Of a DNA stretch of 64,000 bases, positions 61,801-64,000 are shown piece after piece; the first letter of the stretch is position 1, and each line of letters starts with the position of its first letter. The stretch lies in the NCBI GenBank assembly GCA_965655095.1, contig OZ296648.1:151776001-151840000 (forward strand). Direction: 5' to 3'. The DNA is from Haplodiscus bocki (Eukaryota). The translations under genes were made by a program, and so were the position numbers. The notes beneath the pieces were generated by a model. That model was not told the DNA's origin and did no database searches. It saw only the letters and a program-made list of their open reading frames with translations.

Positions 61801-62860
61801 AAAATCCAAGGACACAGTGAAAAGAATCTAACCAAGTTTAGTTGGTCCAGACATCTAAGATCACAAAAAATTGTGTGCATAAGCAAACCTTTTAACACGG
61901 CAGAAAACGAAGACTTGACCGTAAAGTTCTAGAGTACGATTTGTAAGGAAACCATAAGTGTCAGTATACATCTGTCCAATCAGGTTTCCATGGTCCAGGC
62001 ATTTTTGCACATCACGTTCACACCATCCAACACAACATCTTCAGACATACGTGAAAAATGAAACTCTCTAAAAGCAGTCGACACTCAAACGACTTAGGCA
62101 GTCCTCAGCCGTGTGAAAGAATCGTTAAAAGTCCAAACATCATAAATGACAAATACTCATTCTAAAAAACAGCAAAAGGCGACACCGGGTACGAAAGAGA
62201 ATTCCAGGGTCACGTCAAAAGGATCTAATCACGTCTCATTTGTCAAGACATCTCAAGACATCACCCAAAACAACCCCTTGGAACGTAACTTAAAAGTAAA
62301 ACTCTTCTTTAAGAAGCTATCGGCGTTCAGACGATTGAGACATAAGGTCAGACGTGTGATAGAATCGTAGAGAGTCCAAACACCAAAATTGACAATTAGT
62401 CGACTGTATGTAAGAGCAAAAGGCAACACCGATGTCAGAAGAGAATTACAAGGACACAATAAAAAGATCTAACCAAGTTTCGTTGGTCCAGATATCTTTC
62501 GAGATCACGAAATATGGCAAGCCAAAACAACCTAAGACGGCAAGAAAAACGGGACTTGAACATTAACTCTCAGAATTTCAATTTAAAAGAAACAGAAGTG
62601 CCAGCATACAACGGTATAATCAAAATTCATTGATCCAGACACATTTAAACGTCACTTTCACAGCACATAACACAACCGCTTCAGATATAGCCAAAAATAC
62701 TTCTCAAAGCAAAGTATTTAAAAAAAGATCGATGCTCAAACGAAAGACAGAAATTCAGATTTTGATAAAAATCGTTATTAGTCCAAACACAATATTTGAC
62801 CACTAGTCGACGCTGTGTGGGATCAAACACCACCATCAGACACGACGGAGAATTCTAAAG
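25880..62860. repeat. Complex satellite DNA array, ~37 kb, basic unit ~402 bp (A ~250 bp + B ~152 bp), roughly 90-100 units, multiple local higher-order repeats
   Basis: Box AATCAnGTTTCATTGGTCCAGA recurs at alternating ~250/~152-bp spacing (e.g. ~28838, 28991, 29240, 29393). Identical ORF-track peptides recur at offsets 661, 800-811, 905, 1604-1610 and 2250. Single orientation, diverged edges. Confidence 0.97.
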
Positions 62861-63239
62861 TCAGCAAACAAGCTTGAAGAAGTATCCTAACCCACTACCT
62901 ATCGGCGCCCTTACCCCTTCGTATTATATAGAGCGCTATGTGTGCAGACTTGCAGTGCGCGCTGTACGTGGCAGTGTCGGCTATCTAAAGTCTGTGAGAA
63001 TACGATCAATTCTATGTGTGATGGGTAATTTCAGTAAAAGTAATGAAACTACTTGAAGAAATTTTCGACAGAAAAAAAAATTCGGTATATTTCAAGTACT
63101 TACATGGGTGTTGCCTCATCATACAAGTACATACAGGCATCAGCATTTCTCGTGTACTTTGTGCTTTTCATAAAGAAACAGCGATTATTTACCACCAACA
63201 TACATAAAACAGTGGCAAGACAAAAAACCTTGACTTAAA

Positions 63240-63365
63240 ATAACCCGGCCAAAAATGCCCCAAATCCCAAAATATCCAAAGGCAAAATGCCCACAGACCC
63301 AAAAAAGGAACAATCATACTAATCGAAGAATTAACGCTAAACTTTAACAGACGCTACCAATTACC
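63240..63365. repeat. Truncated arm of the 19012-19968 element family
   Basis: cccaaatcccaaaatatccaaaggc...actaat...aattaac...cgctaccaattac resembles reverse complement of 19830-19960. Confidence 0.5.
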
Positions 63366-63404
63366 CAAGTTTAACGTTTTAAAATATTGATGTCAGATTG
63401 AAAT

Positions 63405-63675
63405 AAACAGATGCGGAGCTGTGTTTTGCAACACTTGCGCAAACGGAATACAAGTAAGAAACGCTATTTCACTCGATTCATGAATGAAATGAATATACTG
63501 ATTCTCAAGCAGCAATAGTGCAGTCAGTGGAGCATGCAACAGCGGCACGAAAGATTCGGTTCGATCATCGGCCAAGATTTTCTTAGTCGGAGTCTCGGAA
63601 GTTTAGGGCTTGTGAACAGATCGTGAAAGTGACCAAAGATTGCGTGCGATACAACACTGGAATAGCGCAAGTGTA
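63405..63675 (-). mobile_element. Helentron/DINE-like non-autonomous element (family copy 3) with degenerate tRNA-like segment
   Basis: aaacagatgcggagctgtg hairpin, ACACTTGCGC (63431-63440) / GCGCAAGTGT (63665-63674). Confidence 0.65.
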
Positions 63676-64000
63676 GCAGAGAGGCGAAGCCAAAATCCTC
63701 CAGTTTTGCGAACAAAGAGAACAGCACGACCCATCAATACCGGGAAGCTTGTCTAAAAGAATGCGAATCCGAAGTTATCAGAACGGATTTATACCAAATA
63801 AAGGAACTAAAAAATTGCCAAACTGTGTCCAAAAATCAACTCTGGGATTTTTCCCACAAAATGCATAGTTCTTTTCTTAGGAAACTGCGGAGATCGAAAA
63901 TTCTAGAAATGTGCGACATCTACAAATGATGTTTTCAACTGGTCTCCGAAAACAACACCGAACAACAGCCCCTAGGTCGCAATGAAGCACGCTTTTCGCT

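Noticed and set aside
26247-62459. Dozens of ORF-track peptides in the satellite (MVQTSLHITFTPSN..., MFHWSR...)
   Set aside because: Overlapping frames, frequent stops, homopolymer indels and no conserved frame between units; by-products of an A/C-rich repeat.
26060-62500. CRISPR-like array of the recurring 22-bp box
   Set aside because: Intervening sequences are 130-230 bp and homologous to one another, no cas genes, eukaryotic context.

Overview
AT-rich eukaryotic (invertebrate-type metazoan; species not determinable from the sequence) genomic DNA with spliceosomal introns. Left 25.6 kb: two minus-strand genes head-to-tail. (1) A USP20/USP33-family deubiquitinase (ZnF-UBP + USP + 2x DUSP). 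I reconstructed 13 coding exons with canonical GT-AG junctions and fully consistent phases, from ATG 24093 down to 1919; the last exon appears to lie left of the window. (2) The terminal coding exon of an MSL3-like MRG-domain gene (25614-24903). The USP introns are packed with small non-autonomous elements: foldback/MITEs, Helentron-like elements with a tRNA-like core, palindromic minisatellites, a 964-bp tandem triplication and an old ~178-bp array. Right 37 kb (~25880-62860): one uninterrupted, single-orientation complex satellite. Its ~402-bp unit is a ~250-bp A module plus a ~152-bp B module, joined at a conserved ~22-bp box, with interchangeable module subtypes and locally changing higher-order repeats. 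No upstream MSL3 exon is visible between 25617 and 64000, so the whole array most likely sits inside a >=38-kb intron of the MSL3-like gene; this is the most striking feature. Nearly all ORF-track entries outside the exons are spurious. All homology calls are by eye and recall, not from database searches.
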